Positions 1 through 8,348 of a stretch of DNA of 64,000 nucleotides are shown here, piece after piece. Position numbers and translations under genes: made by a program. Within the stretch, counting starts at the first letter, position 1. Each line of letters opens with the position of its first letter. Location of the stretch: positions 4,629-68,628 of the forward strand of contig JAFZPV010000059.1 of NCBI GenBank assembly GCA_017552535.1, in the 5' to 3' direction. The notes beneath the pieces are model-generated. The model ran no database searches, had not been told where the DNA came from, and saw nothing but the letters and a program-made list of their open reading frames with translations. The DNA is from Clostridia bacterium. Its GTDB lineage: Bacteria > Bacillota > Clostridia > Christensenellales > Aristaeellaceae.

Positions 1-1052
1 TTTCCGGGATCGGCCATGTGGACCTGAGCGGCGCTTCTGACGTCATCGACGCAGCCGGCAAATATGTGGTCCCGGGCCTTATCGACTTCCACGTGCACGC
101 CTTTGAAGGGGGCAGCATGTTCGGCTGTGATACGGACATGGAGATCCCGTCAGGTGTCACAACGGCTGTCGACGCGGGAACCACCGGATGCGCTGCCTAT
201 GAGAGCATGCATTCGCTGATCCACAGCCGCAAAATGAGGATCTTTTCCCTGCTCAATATTTCCTCCATGGGACAGCTCGGCAAAGGGTTCAACGAGAATA
301 TGGACCCGGAATTGGTGCAGGCGGAAAAGATTACTGAGCTGGTGAAAAAGTATCCTGACGAGATCAGAGGCATCAAGGTCAGGATCAGCCGGAACATCGT
401 AGGTTCCTGGGGAGACGTTCCCCTCCGGAAAGCTATAGAGACAGCAGGCAAACTGGGGCTTCCTGTTTGCGTGCACAGCACCGATCCCTGCATCCCGATG
501 GAAGATGTGGCATGCATCCTTCGGAAGGGCGATATCCTGTGCCATGTGTTCCACGGCCTCGGTTCCACGATCCTGGACGAAGCGGGACACGTGAAAGCCG
601 GCCTGCGGAAAGCCCATGACAGGGGCGTGCTGATGGATGCCGCAAACGGGCGCAACAACTTCGCTTTCGGCGTAGCCAGAGAGGCGCTTGCCCAGTCGTT
701 CCTGCCGGATATCATCAGCACGGATCTGACAGCTGCCACCATGAGCCAGGGAAAGACTGTACGCAATCTGCTTTTCGTGATGTCCAAGTACCTGAACATG
801 GGCATGTCGATAGCCGAGGTCGTCGAAAGGACCACCGCCGTTCCGGCCCGCGCTATCGGGCTGACCGACGGCAGCGGTTCCCTTGCGGCGGGAGGCCGGG
901 CTGATGTAGCAGTACTCGATCTGATCGATCAGGAATGCGATTTTGCGGACTCCAAAAAGGAAATCCTTCATGGAACGAAGATGCTCACCTGTCTTATGAC
1001 TGTTCAGAACGGACAGATACTGTACGACTCCAACCAATTGGCACACGCTTGA
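1..1052 (+). CDS. amidohydrolase/deacetylase-family metallohydrolase (5' end probably cut by the window edge)
   Basis: The frame is open from base 3. It carries the metal-binding motif PGLIDFHVHAF and an amidohydrolase-like layout. Typical members have about 50 more residues upstream. Confidence 0.7.
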   Translation, partial: SGIGHVDLSGASDVIDAAGKYVVPGLIDFHVHAFEGGSMFGCDTDMEIPSGVTTAVDAGTTGCAAYESMHSLIHSRKMRIFSLLNISSMGQLGKGFNENMDPELVQAEKITELVKKYPDEIRGIKVRISRNIVGSWGDVPLRKAIETAGKLGLPVCVHSTDPCIPMEDVACILRKGDILCHVFHGLGSTILDEAGHVKAGLRKAHDRGVLMDAANGRNNFAFGVAREALAQSFLPDIISTDLTAATMSQGKTVRNLLFVMSKYLNMGMSIAEVVERTTAVPARAIGLTDGSGSLAAGGRADVAVLDLIDQECDFADSKKEILHGTKMLTCLMTVQNGQILYDSNQLAHA

Positions 1053-1071
1053 AAACTGAGGAGGATAAACC

Positions 1072-1764
1072 ATGGTAAACCAGTTTCCGGAATTGCTGAG
1101 TGAAGAAATCTTGGCCAGAGCTGAAAGGCTGAGCAGTACGCTGATCTGCGACGGCATGAAAGATCTGGATATCCCCAACGGCGGATGCATGGAATTCGGC
1201 ATCCATGCCGTTCATCCGTCCTTTAAAGTAGTCGGCACCGCCATGACGGTGGAAACGTCCGACGGAGATAATTTCCCCATCCACGTGGCCAGCTATTCCG
1301 CACCCTGTGAAGGCTACGTTATGGTGATCGACGGAAAAGGATATACGGGACGCGCCTATCTGGGCGACCTGATCATGGGTGCCTGCCAGGCGGTGGGATA
1401 CAAGGGCATCATCGTGGACGGCTGCACCAGGGATTACGAGGGCAACTGCGCGCTGGGCTTTCCCGTATTCAGCAAGGGCCTGCTTCCCAGAGGACCTTAC
1501 AAGAAAAACGAAGGCAACGTGAACACGCCGATCATGTGCGGCGGCGTTAAAGTAGAGCCCGGCGACCTGGTGGTCGGCGACTGCGACGGGATCGCCGTTG
1601 TGCCCAGGGCGGAGATCGGAAAGGTGCTCGCAGCGGCAGAAAAGAAGCAAGATTACGAAGACAACCGTGACATGACCATCCAGAAATATCGGGAAGCGAA
1701 GGCCCGCGGCACGGAGTTGCCCCAGCTGGCGCCTCAGTGGGTGCTGGACATGCTGAATCAATAA
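1072..1764 (+). CDS. RraA-family protein (HMG/oxaloacetate aldolase-like)
   Basis: AGGAGG lies 6 nt upstream of the ATG. Motifs GTAMTVE, GDLIMGACQAVGYKGIIVDGCTRD and GDLVVGDCDGIAVVP are typical of RraA/demethylmenaquinone-methyltransferase-like proteins. Confidence 0.75.
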   Translation: MVNQFPELLSEEILARAERLSSTLICDGMKDLDIPNGGCMEFGIHAVHPSFKVVGTAMTVETSDGDNFPIHVASYSAPCEGYVMVIDGKGYTGRAYLGDLIMGACQAVGYKGIIVDGCTRDYEGNCALGFPVFSKGLLPRGPYKKNEGNVNTPIMCGGVKVEPGDLVVGDCDGIAVVPRAEIGKVLAAAEKKQDYEDNRDMTIQKYREAKARGTELPQLAPQWVLDMLNQ

Positions 1765-1781
1765 CGGAAGAGGAAAAGCGC

Positions 1782-2768
1782 ATGAAGAAAATTGCTTTGA
1801 CCGGCCCGTACAACGAGGAATCCAGAAAGACCCTGCATGAGACCGTTCCGGAAGGATTTGAGATCTACGACGTGAAGACGCCGGAAGAGTACGACAGGCT
1901 CGCGGATGCGGACTACATCATCATCCGGACCATCAAGATGAACGGTGATGACATCGCAGTGGCAAAGCATCTGAAGGGCATTCAGAAGTGGGGCGCCGGC
2001 TACGACTGCCTGGACCTTCCCAGCATCAGTGAAAAAAACGTCCCTGTGATGGTTTGCAACGGCGTGAACGCCGAACCGGTGGCTGAGATCGCCGTGCTCC
2101 ATATGCTCGCGGTACTGCGCAATCTCATTCCCCTGAACGAAAAACTGAAGCAGAACCAGTGGTGCAAGGATGAGTACGCGTCCAAGTCCTATGTGCTATC
2201 CGGCAAGACCGTCGGCCTGGTCGGCCTGGGAAACATCGGAAGGAAAGTCGCCCGGATCGTTCAGGGCTTCGAAGCCCAGGTGCAGTACTATGACGTATTC
2301 CGTATCTCCGAGGAAGAAGAAAAGGCTCTCGGCATCAAATATGTCCCACTGGATGAACTGCTGAAGACTTCTGACATCATTTCCATGCACGTTCCGCTGA
2401 TGGATTCGACGAGGAACATGATCGGAAAAGAGCAGTTTGCCATGATGAAGAAGTCTGCGATCATCATCAACACGTCACGCGGCGGCGTGATCGACGAAGA
2501 CGCGCTGATCGAAGCCCTTCAGAATCATACCATCCGCGGCGCGGGCATCGATGCTTTTACCCATGAACCGCCGGGGCTGGACTGCCCGCTTCTGCATATG
2601 GAAAACGTGGTGGCCACGCCTCACTCCGGCGGCAATACCGCGGACAACGATCTCAATATGATCAAGCGCTGCTTCGAGAATATCCTTGCGCTTGACCGCG
2701 GCGAAGCCGTCAGGGCAAGGGACGTCGTGAACAATCACCTGATCAGCAGCAAGATCAAAGTGAATTGA
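1782..2768 (+). CDS. D-isomer-specific 2-hydroxyacid dehydrogenase
   Basis: I used the internal ATG (MKKIALTG), which has an upstream GGAAGAGGAAAAG. The NAD fold GLVGLGNIGRKVA and the motifs NTSRGGVIDE and ATPHSGGNT are present. Confidence 0.85.
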   Translation: MKKIALTGPYNEESRKTLHETVPEGFEIYDVKTPEEYDRLADADYIIIRTIKMNGDDIAVAKHLKGIQKWGAGYDCLDLPSISEKNVPVMVCNGVNAEPVAEIAVLHMLAVLRNLIPLNEKLKQNQWCKDEYASKSYVLSGKTVGLVGLGNIGRKVARIVQGFEAQVQYYDVFRISEEEEKALGIKYVPLDELLKTSDIISMHVPLMDSTRNMIGKEQFAMMKKSAIIINTSRGGVIDEDALIEALQNHTIRGAGIDAFTHEPPGLDCPLLHMENVVATPHSGGNTADNDLNMIKRCFENILALDRGEAVRARDVVNNHLISSKIKVN

Positions 2769-2888
2769 CAGTCAAGCCGTACGATAGAGGCGGGCTTTCG
2801 TAAAGCAGCCTGTACCCGTGAAACTTAGGATAAGCTCATTTGGGCAGCAATCAGCGCCGCCGGCATCCATCTATAGCTGAATGCCAGA
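2508..2888 (+). repeat. copy 1 of an imperfect direct repeat of about 380 bp (3' end of the dehydrogenase gene plus its downstream UTR)
   Basis: By eye it aligns base-for-base with 38563-38938, with roughly 25 substitutions or indels. Confidence 0.8.
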
Positions 2889-2961
2889 GGTGTTCGGGAA
2901 TGAAACGCGCACGGCCGACACGCACGCCCGTGATAAAACGTAAATTTTACCGTTATTGCGA

Positions 2962-2990
2962 TTGAATCCGGAGGCGCGATGCTATATACT
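2962..2990 (+). promoter_or_regulatory. candidate sigma-A promoter of purC
   Basis: TTGAAT (2962-2967), a 17-nt spacer, then TATACT (2985-2990). Confidence 0.4.
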
Positions 2991-2999
2991 GCATACAGT

Positions 3000-3048
3000 G
3001 AGACAAAGGTGTCTCAGACGGTGCTCCGCACCCTCTGAGGCGCCTTTT
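3000..3048 (+). promoter_or_regulatory. purC leader with two overlapping hairpins; the second is terminator-like
   Basis: Hairpin 1 is GAGACA-aagg-TGTCTC (3000-3015). Hairpin 2 is CTCAGAcGGTGC-tcc-GCACCcTCTGAG (3013-3039), followed by gcgccTTTT. The two share CTC. Confidence 0.3.
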
Positions 3049-3088
3049 ATCATTCCGGTCGAAAACAAATGGAAAGGAAGCGGTGAAC

Positions 3089-3808
3089 ATGATGAAATCG
3101 GAACAGCTCTATGAAGGCAAGGCCAAAAAGGTATTCGCGACAGATGACCCTGCGCTGCTGATCGTGGACTATAAGGACGACGCCACCGCGTTCAACGGTT
3201 TGAAAAAAGGCACGATCGCCGGCAAAGGAATCATTAACAACCAAATGAGCAACCGCCTGATGCAGCGGCTGGAACGCGCGGGCATCCCGACCCACTTCGT
3301 AGAAGAGCTTTCCGAACGGGAAACGCTGGTAAAGCGGGTGGAGATTATCCCCCTTGAAGTAATTGTGCGCAACATTGCCGCGGGATCCTTTTCCAAACGC
3401 TACGGGGTTCCCGAGGGAAAGGTCTTCTCCGCGCCTACAATAGAGTATTCTTACAAAAACGACGAACTGGCGGATCCCCTGATCAATACCTCGCATATCC
3501 TGGCGCTGCAGCTTGCCCGCGCAGATGAGATGGAAACGATCCGGCGGTACGCGCTCCGGGTCAACGAGGTCCTGAGCGCGTTTTGGGCGGAATGCGGTGT
3601 GACGCTTGTGGACTTCAAGCTGGAATTCGGACGCCTGCCGGACGGTACGATCATCCTGGCTGATGAGATCAGCCCCGACACCTGCCGACTGTGGGACAGC
3701 AAAACGGGCGAAAAGCTGGATAAAGACCGTTTCCGCAGAGATCTGGGAGGCGTAGAGGATGCCTATGCTGAGGTCATGCGCCGGCTGTGCGGGCATGGAG
3801 GCAACTGA
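3089..3808 (+). CDS. purC: phosphoribosylaminoimidazole-succinocarboxamide (SAICAR) synthase
   Basis: [25 protein letters not shown] and LVDFKLEFG give a full-length PurC pattern. The RBS GGAAAGGAAG lies 8 nt upstream. Confidence 0.9.
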   Translation: MMKSEQLYEGKAKKVFATDDPALLIVDYKDDATAFNGLKKGTIAGKGIINNQMSNRLMQRLERAGIPTHFVEELSERETLVKRVEIIPLEVIVRNIAAGSFSKRYGVPEGKVFSAPTIEYSYKNDELADPLINTSHILALQLARADEMETIRRYALRVNEVLSAFWAECGVTLVDFKLEFGRLPDGTIILADEISPDTCRLWDSKTGEKLDKDRFRRDLGGVEDAYAEVMRRLCGHGGN

Positions 3809-4240
3809 GTTGTCTCCTTACAGACATATCCGCGAGGAGTGCGGCGTATTTGGGATCTATTCACCGCAGGAGCGCGACCTGGCATCGGCCTCACAAAAAA
3901 CAAATACATCGGCCGCACGTATATTGCGCCGGAACAGAAAGAGCGCGAAACCGGCGTAAGCATCAAACTGAACCCGATCCGCGACGCTGTGAACGGCAAA
4001 CGGCTCGTACTCATCGACGATTCCATCGTGCGCGGGACAACCTGTCGCCATATCGTCGAGTTGCTGCGGTCCGCAGGCGCCCGGGAGATCCACATGCGCG
4101 TGAGCGCCCCGCCGTTTATTGCGCCCTGCTATTACGGCACCGATATCGACAATCCGGACGGCCTAATCGCCAACCGCCACGCGGTCGGGGAGATCGCACG
4201 CATCATAGGTGTGGACTCCCTCGGCTATCTCAGTATAGAA
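3795..4240 (+). pseudogene. purF: amidophosphoribosyltransferase remnant with an internal deletion of about 275 codons, a frameshift and a truncated 3' end
   Basis: The N-terminal IREECGVFGIYSPQERDLA runs to about 3885. A different frame resumes at about 3890 with LTKNKYIGRTYI...LIDDSIVRGTT...PPFIAPCYYG...DSLGYLSIE. Homology ends at 4240, where AT-rich DNA begins. Confidence 0.8.
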
Positions 4241-4428
4241 TATCAATCATCGTTTTCTTATCCATATTGCCTCGCAAATACCGATCTGTACAGTTATTCT
4301 ATTGCAATATCACGTTCTAAAAAAGCATACATGAAATTTCAGAGCCTACCATGCCAAAATGCGTTTTAGGGCATATAATGATATCGATGTGCCAACTCGC
4401 CGCGTGACTGCGGGAAACAAGTCATCCA

Positions 4429-4464
4429 AGCCGGCTTCATCTTCCTCGAAGCCGGTTTTGCTTT
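4429..4464 (+). terminator. intrinsic terminator after the purC-purF' remnant
   Basis: AGCCGGCTTC-9 nt-GAAGCCGGTT followed by TTTTGCTTT. It overlaps the stop codon of the convergent gene. Confidence 0.6.
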
Positions 4465-6385
4465 ACAGCGGGCGCTCTACTGCGACCGCAGGATGCCTGA
4501 TCCCCGCATGCCCGGTGTATACGGCCAAGAGGAAATAATAGTTATCCGCAAGATAATTGTACCCGCACGGATTGCCTTCCTTCGTGCGCCAGTCCACGCT
4601 CTGCACATAACCGGGCATAAGTCCGGAGTGCGTGAATTCCGTTTCATAGGTATTCAGTATAGCCTTTAAGATACGGTCCGCTTCCTCGCGCATCCCGACG
4701 CGATACATCGCCGTGAGGAAATGGAAGCCGTTCATGCCGCAAAGTCCGCCGTTTTCATAGCGGCCCCAGTCGCTCATGCAGGACCAGTGGATCGTGTCCG
4801 GATCGGCGACGCTGATCAGGTTTCCGGGGATGCCGTAGCGCAGGTCCCCGTATCCCTCATCCCGCATTTTGGCCAGCAGTATGCTCATCATTTTCCTTCC
4901 CTTGTCCAACGGGATCAGTCCCTCATCGATCCCCATGGAGACGGCAAAGGTGAACATATAATCGTGCATGCGGCCGTCAGCGCTGATCCAGCCCGCCATG
5001 ACGCCTGTTTCGAGGTTATAGAACGTATCATAGAAATGCGCGTCAAACAGGGCGATCTGTGAAGCGTATTTCGCAGCTTCAATCTGCCTGCCCGATTCCG
5101 TGAGGAGATCGCGCAATTCGCGCAGCGCCCTGTGGCACAGGCAGTTGAAGTAGATATCCTTATGGCCGAAGGCGAAGTTATCCCACCAGTTTCTCTGTCT
5201 GACGCCGTATTCTACGGTATCCTCCAGGAAATTGCCGGAGAACGGCACCTCAAAGATACCGTCCCCGTCCCTGTCCAGGGTCAGGATGAAATCCGCCGCC
5301 TTCTGCGCATACGGAAGGAGTTTTTCGGCAAAGCCTCTGTCCCAGTGCGCAATGCCGCAGGCGGCAATGACGCTTCCCGGCGTGGAGTCGATAAAGCCGC
5401 ACATGGGTTCCCTGCCCTTTGGACGGTTGATATAGGAAAAGTTCACTTCGCCGTCTTCAGCCTGCGCGTACAGAAATCCATCCAGGATCTGCTGCTTGAA
5501 CGTATCCCTTACCAGTTTGAAAAGCGGTTCGTCGCCGCCCATGACCTGCAGCATATCGCTCTTCATATGGACTGCCAGATGCCCCCTGCCGTGCAGCATG
5601 ATGTTGTCGCCCATATCGAAGTATTCCCTGTTGAGCGCGAACGCGTTCATCCATTGACGGCGAACGCCGTTCCATGCCGCGTCACATCCCCCGTCAAAGT
5701 CGAGTTTCGGATAGATTTCCTCCATGATCTCAAAGCGTATTCCGGATGCGGATGTGTTTGCGGTTCGGAATGTCAATTCGGAATAACCAAAGTGCAGGGC
5801 ATGCATTTTATTGTGGTAACCGTAATTCTCGGCTCCCAGGTCCAGGCCGTTGTATTCCAGGGATGTGAAAAGCTTTTCTTCACAGGTAACGCCTTCATCT
5901 GCACTGATTCTGACCAGTCCGAAATCCGGGAAGTGGATGATGAGCGGAAGCGAATACCGTGTTCTGAAAAGGCAGTTCTTTCTGTTGCTGTGTTTCTTCG
6001 AGTGCTCTTCCGACCATATCGTGAGCGGAGCGCGCCTGATGGAGAAACATATCTTCATGATGGTATTCGGTACGTTTTCAAACCCGAAGGAAAAGTGCCT
6101 GTCATCTTCCATCGTAAATGTCTGTTTTGCACCGGCGGCGTTTTCAAAAACAAGGGTGTTGTCCAGCCGTACGGTCTTTTCTTTGAGCGGCGGGGCTTTT
6201 TCGAACGTCGGGCATATTGCGCCGTAGGAAGGCATCAGCACGCTGTATGTGCCGTGTCTGTCCCAGTCGCGGCCGCCCGATTCCACGCCGAAAAACAGCA
6301 GCCTGCCCGTCTCCGAGTCAAAGGTCAGGGAAGTATAATCGCTGCTGAACGACGAGTAGACCGGATGCGTGTGTTTTGACTGCAT
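4463..6385 (-). CDS. hypothetical 640-aa cytoplasmic protein, possibly an (alpha/alpha)6-barrel glycosidase-like enzyme
   Basis: CAGGAGG RBS and a long clean ORF. The C-terminal half (GGLCGMNGFHFLTAMYRVGMREEADRIL) resembles six-hairpin glycosidases. No signal peptide is present, and the function is not established. Confidence 0.7.
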   Translation of the reverse strand: MQSKHTHPVYSSFSSDYTSLTFDSETGRLLFFGVESGGRDWDRHGTYSVLMPSYGAICPTFEKAPPLKEKTVRLDNTLVFENAAGAKQTFTMEDDRHFSFGFENVPNTIMKICFSIRRAPLTIWSEEHSKKHSNRKNCLFRTRYSLPLIIHFPDFGLVRISADEGVTCEEKLFTSLEYNGLDLGAENYGYHNKMHALHFGYSELTFRTANTSASGIRFEIMEEIYPKLDFDGGCDAAWNGVRRQWMNAFALNREYFDMGDNIMLHGRGHLAVHMKSDMLQVMGGDEPLFKLVRDTFKQQILDGFLYAQAEDGEVNFSYINRPKGREPMCGFIDSTPGSVIAACGIAHWDRGFAEKLLPYAQKAADFILTLDRDGDGIFEVPFSGNFLEDTVEYGVRQRNWWDNFAFGHKDIYFNCLCHRALRELRDLLTESGRQIEAAKYASQIALFDAHFYDTFYNLETGVMAGWISADGRMHDYMFTFAVSMGIDEGLIPLDKGRKMMSILLAKMRDEGYGDLRYGIPGNLISVADPDTIHWSCMSDWGRYENGGLCGMNGFHFLTAMYRVGMREEADRILKAILNTYETEFTHSGLMPGYVQSVDWRTKEGNPCGYNYLADNYYFLLAVYTGHAGIRHPAVAVERPL

Positions 6386-6415
6386 ATTTCCTCCTGCCGA
6401 TCATGAAAGTTTTGT

Positions 6416-6661
6416 TTACAGGGAAACCCATCTTGGAACCACGTACATAGGCACAGCATTTCCTCCCGTCCAGCCGACATCGGTATTGCCTCCGCTCAGC
6501 ACCGGAAATTCACCCGTCATCTTCGCGTTCAGAAGTGTATCTTCATAATAAGCTTCCTGCAGCACGCTGTCAAGGATAATGCCGTTTACTATGCCTTTAA
6601 GCTCAATGATACCTGAGCGACCTTCAGGAGTCCTACTGGCAAGATATGGCCGGCGGCGCAA
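6416..6661 (-). pseudogene. orphan C-terminal gene fragment of unknown family
   Basis: An 81-codon ORF ends 30 nt upstream of the next gene. It has no credible N-terminus or RBS. The stretch LDSVLQEAYY resembles the fragment at 38464-38562. Confidence 0.3.
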
Positions 6662-6786
6662 TGCTTGGTCTCTTCATCGTACTCCGTCTGAGGGGCCATT
6701 CAAAACTGCGTTTGGCAAACTGGATCAGCTGCAAACGGTATTAAAAGCATTCACCATGAAATACTGAACAGCTGCTCTGACAGATA

Positions 6787-6820
6787 GGGGACTTGAAGCA
6801 TCATGCCTCAAGTCCCTTTG
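6787..6820 (+). terminator. terminator-like hairpin
   Basis: GGGACTTGA-11 nt-TCAAGTCCC followed by TTTGTAT. It sits immediately next to the tRNA-like fragment. Confidence 0.4.
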
Positions 6821-6822
6821 TA

Positions 6823-6869
6823 TGGAGTTTAGGGGATTCGAAACCCTGATCTCAACGATGCGAACGTTG
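6823..6869 (-). pseudogene. tRNA-like 3' fragment with an Ala(CGC)-type anticodon arm, T-arm and 3' acceptor strand
   Basis: The minus strand reads CAACG-TTCGCAT-CGTTG, then AGATC, AGGGT-TTCGAAT-CCCCT and AAACTCCA. No complementary 5' acceptor strand or D-arm is present. Confidence 0.4.
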
Positions 6870-7082
6870 CGCGTGCCTTGCCAAAAGCAGCATAAATCGA
6901 CATACCCAGACCAAGATCGGCATCACTATTCGTTGATCCCATTTCTGCCCTTAATCTAACCATCTATTCAAAGAAGCTTGATCTTTGGCCAAAATTTACG
7001 CGCCACCAGCAGCCATCTGTTGACCGTACATGCCGAAACGTTTACCGGTGAATCCCCAAACTGCCATTGATGGCATGCCTCC

Positions 7083-7111
7083 TTGCGTTTGGCAGCATTA
7101 TAGGTTATAGT
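7083..7111 (+). promoter_or_regulatory. candidate promoter of the zinc-ribbon gene
   Basis: TTGCGT, a 17-nt spacer, then TATAGT. Confidence 0.35.
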
Positions 7112-7141
7112 TTCATATATTTTATCAGGGGGATATATTCA

Positions 7142-7351
7142 ATGCCGCTTTATCAGTATCGCTGTACAAAATGCGGACACGATTTCGAACTGCTTACAAC
7201 CATTGACAAGCGCAATGAAACCCGCTGCCCAGAGTGCGGTGAAAAAGCCGAACAGGAATGGAGAGGGAAAGGTGCGTTCGGACCGCTGAAGTATACGGAT
7301 AAAAGCCATTCGTGTGAGGATTGTCCGCATCAATGTCCAATGCATGGATAA
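7142..7351 (+). CDS. FmdB-family zinc-ribbon protein (69 aa)
   Basis: MPLYQYRCTKCGHDFE...CPECG is the CxxC...CxxC zinc-ribbon signature. AGGGGGA lies 8 nt upstream of the ATG. Confidence 0.7.
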   Translation: MPLYQYRCTKCGHDFELLTTIDKRNETRCPECGEKAEQEWRGKGAFGPLKYTDKSHSCEDCPHQCPMHG

Positions 7352-7370
7352 AGGCATTCCGGATTGGGTC

Positions 7371-7395
7371 GCTGGTTCTAGTCCTGTTGCGGCCA
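7371..7395 (+). other. weak T-arm/acceptor-like tRNA scar
   Basis: GCTGG-TTCTAGT-CCTGT then TGCGGCCA. The GGTTCnAnTCC-like core has one stem mismatch, and no upstream tRNA body is present. Confidence 0.2.
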
Positions 7396-7398
7396 CTG

Positions 7399-7426
7399 CC
7401 TCTCCTGATCATGAGAGGTCTTTATA
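7399..7426 (+). terminator. intrinsic terminator
   Basis: CCTCTC-8 nt-GAGAGG followed by TCTTTAT. Confidence 0.5.
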
Positions 7427-7476
7427 CCTTGACGTTTTTCGACCGGGTTAGACGCTTAATACAGTCATGTCTGACG

Positions 7477-8025
7477 CTAAATCTTTGTATAGCTTCCGTC
7501 AGCTTCAAGCGCAAAGCCTCCGCCGCACTTCACTTGAAAATCGAAATAACTGCCTTTTGGCTTTGCGTATTTTTCCATGATCGCCATGATCGTGCCGCCG
7601 TGCGCCACCACAGCGCAGTCGTGGCCGCTGTCGAACACGCGCAGTGACCTGAACGCGCTTACGCTTCTTGAAGCGAATTCCTTCCGGCTCTCCCCGTTCG
7701 GGAACGGCAGTTCGCCTCCGGAGTCGATCCAGGCCTGGTAAACGGGATCGCCGTTCAATTCCAGGTAGTTCTTTCCCTCAAAGTCACCGAAATCGCATTC
7801 CCGAAAGTCCTGAACGATGACCGGCTCCGCATCCGGAAACAGTATTCTGGCAGACTGGATACAGCGCCGCATGGGGCTGACGTAAACGCTGCCGATGTTT
7901 GGCAAATGCAAAGCACCGAGCAGCCGTATGCCCTGCTCGCACAGCGGTTCGTCTGTCCTGCAGCCGATATACCGTCCCTCCAGGTTGCCGTTTGTCAAGC
8001 CGTGGCGGATCAGATAAACGCTCAT
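7477..8025 (-). CDS. cobC: alpha-ribazole phosphatase (histidine phosphatase family)
   Basis: LIRHGLTNGN (RHG motif) and VVAHGGTI are present. It is the last gene of the cob block. The start was moved to MSVYLIRHG, which overlaps the upstream stop. Confidence 0.8.
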   Translation of the reverse strand: MSVYLIRHGLTNGNLEGRYIGCRTDEPLCEQGIRLLGALHLPNIGSVYVSPMRRCIQSARILFPDAEPVIVQDFRECDFGDFEGKNYLELNGDPVYQAWIDSGGELPFPNGESRKEFASRSVSAFRSLRVFDSGHDCAVVAHGGTIMAIMEKYAKPKGSYFDFQVKCGGGFALEADGSYTKI

Positions 8026-8348
8026 TTTATGCGCGCTCCTATCCCGCACACGACGCGCACCACCGCATCGGACGCCTGGGCGATCACGCAAAGCGCGCGC
8101 CCTACCGCTTCCCTGAAAGCGCGCTCGGACGCCTCCATCGGTACGATACCCGCACCGACCTCGTTTGCCACGATCACCGCGTCCGGTTTTTCCAGGCAGA
8201 TCCCCCGTGCGAATTCTTTGGGGTCTTCGCCTTTCAGGATCGCTGTACGCACTTTTTCGTGGAAATTCTGTATGATCTCAGCTCCCGGGTTTTCCCGGGC
8301 GGCAAGCTCATCCTGACCCTGGTACGCGCCGCCTATGTAGAGCTTCAC
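8022..8348 (-). CDS. truncated CobU-like protein with a degenerate P-loop (108 aa)
   Basis: The N-terminus MKLYIGGAYQGQD compares with CobU MILVTGGARSGKS. The C-terminus VIVANEVGAGIVPMEA...VVCGIGARIK compares with CobU VTNEVGMGIVPEN...VSGIGVKIK. The middle of the protein is missing. Confidence 0.7.
   Translation of the reverse strand: MKLYIGGAYQGQDELAARENPGAEIIQNFHEKVRTAILKGEDPKEFARGICLEKPDAVIVANEVGAGIVPMEASERAFREAVGRALCVIAQASDAVVRVVCGIGARIK

Noticed and set aside
2769-3088. Purine riboswitch or PurR box upstream of purC.
   Set aside because: I could not find the conserved purine-aptamer core or a recognisable PurBox. Only generic hairpins are present, and these are reported separately at low confidence.
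6996-7067. 23-codon minus-strand mini-ORF (MAVWGFTGKRFGMYGQQMAAGGA) with AAGGAGG 10 nt upstream.
   Set aside because: It is too short to evaluate without conservation data. It may be the stump of a lost gene, so it is not reported as a feature.
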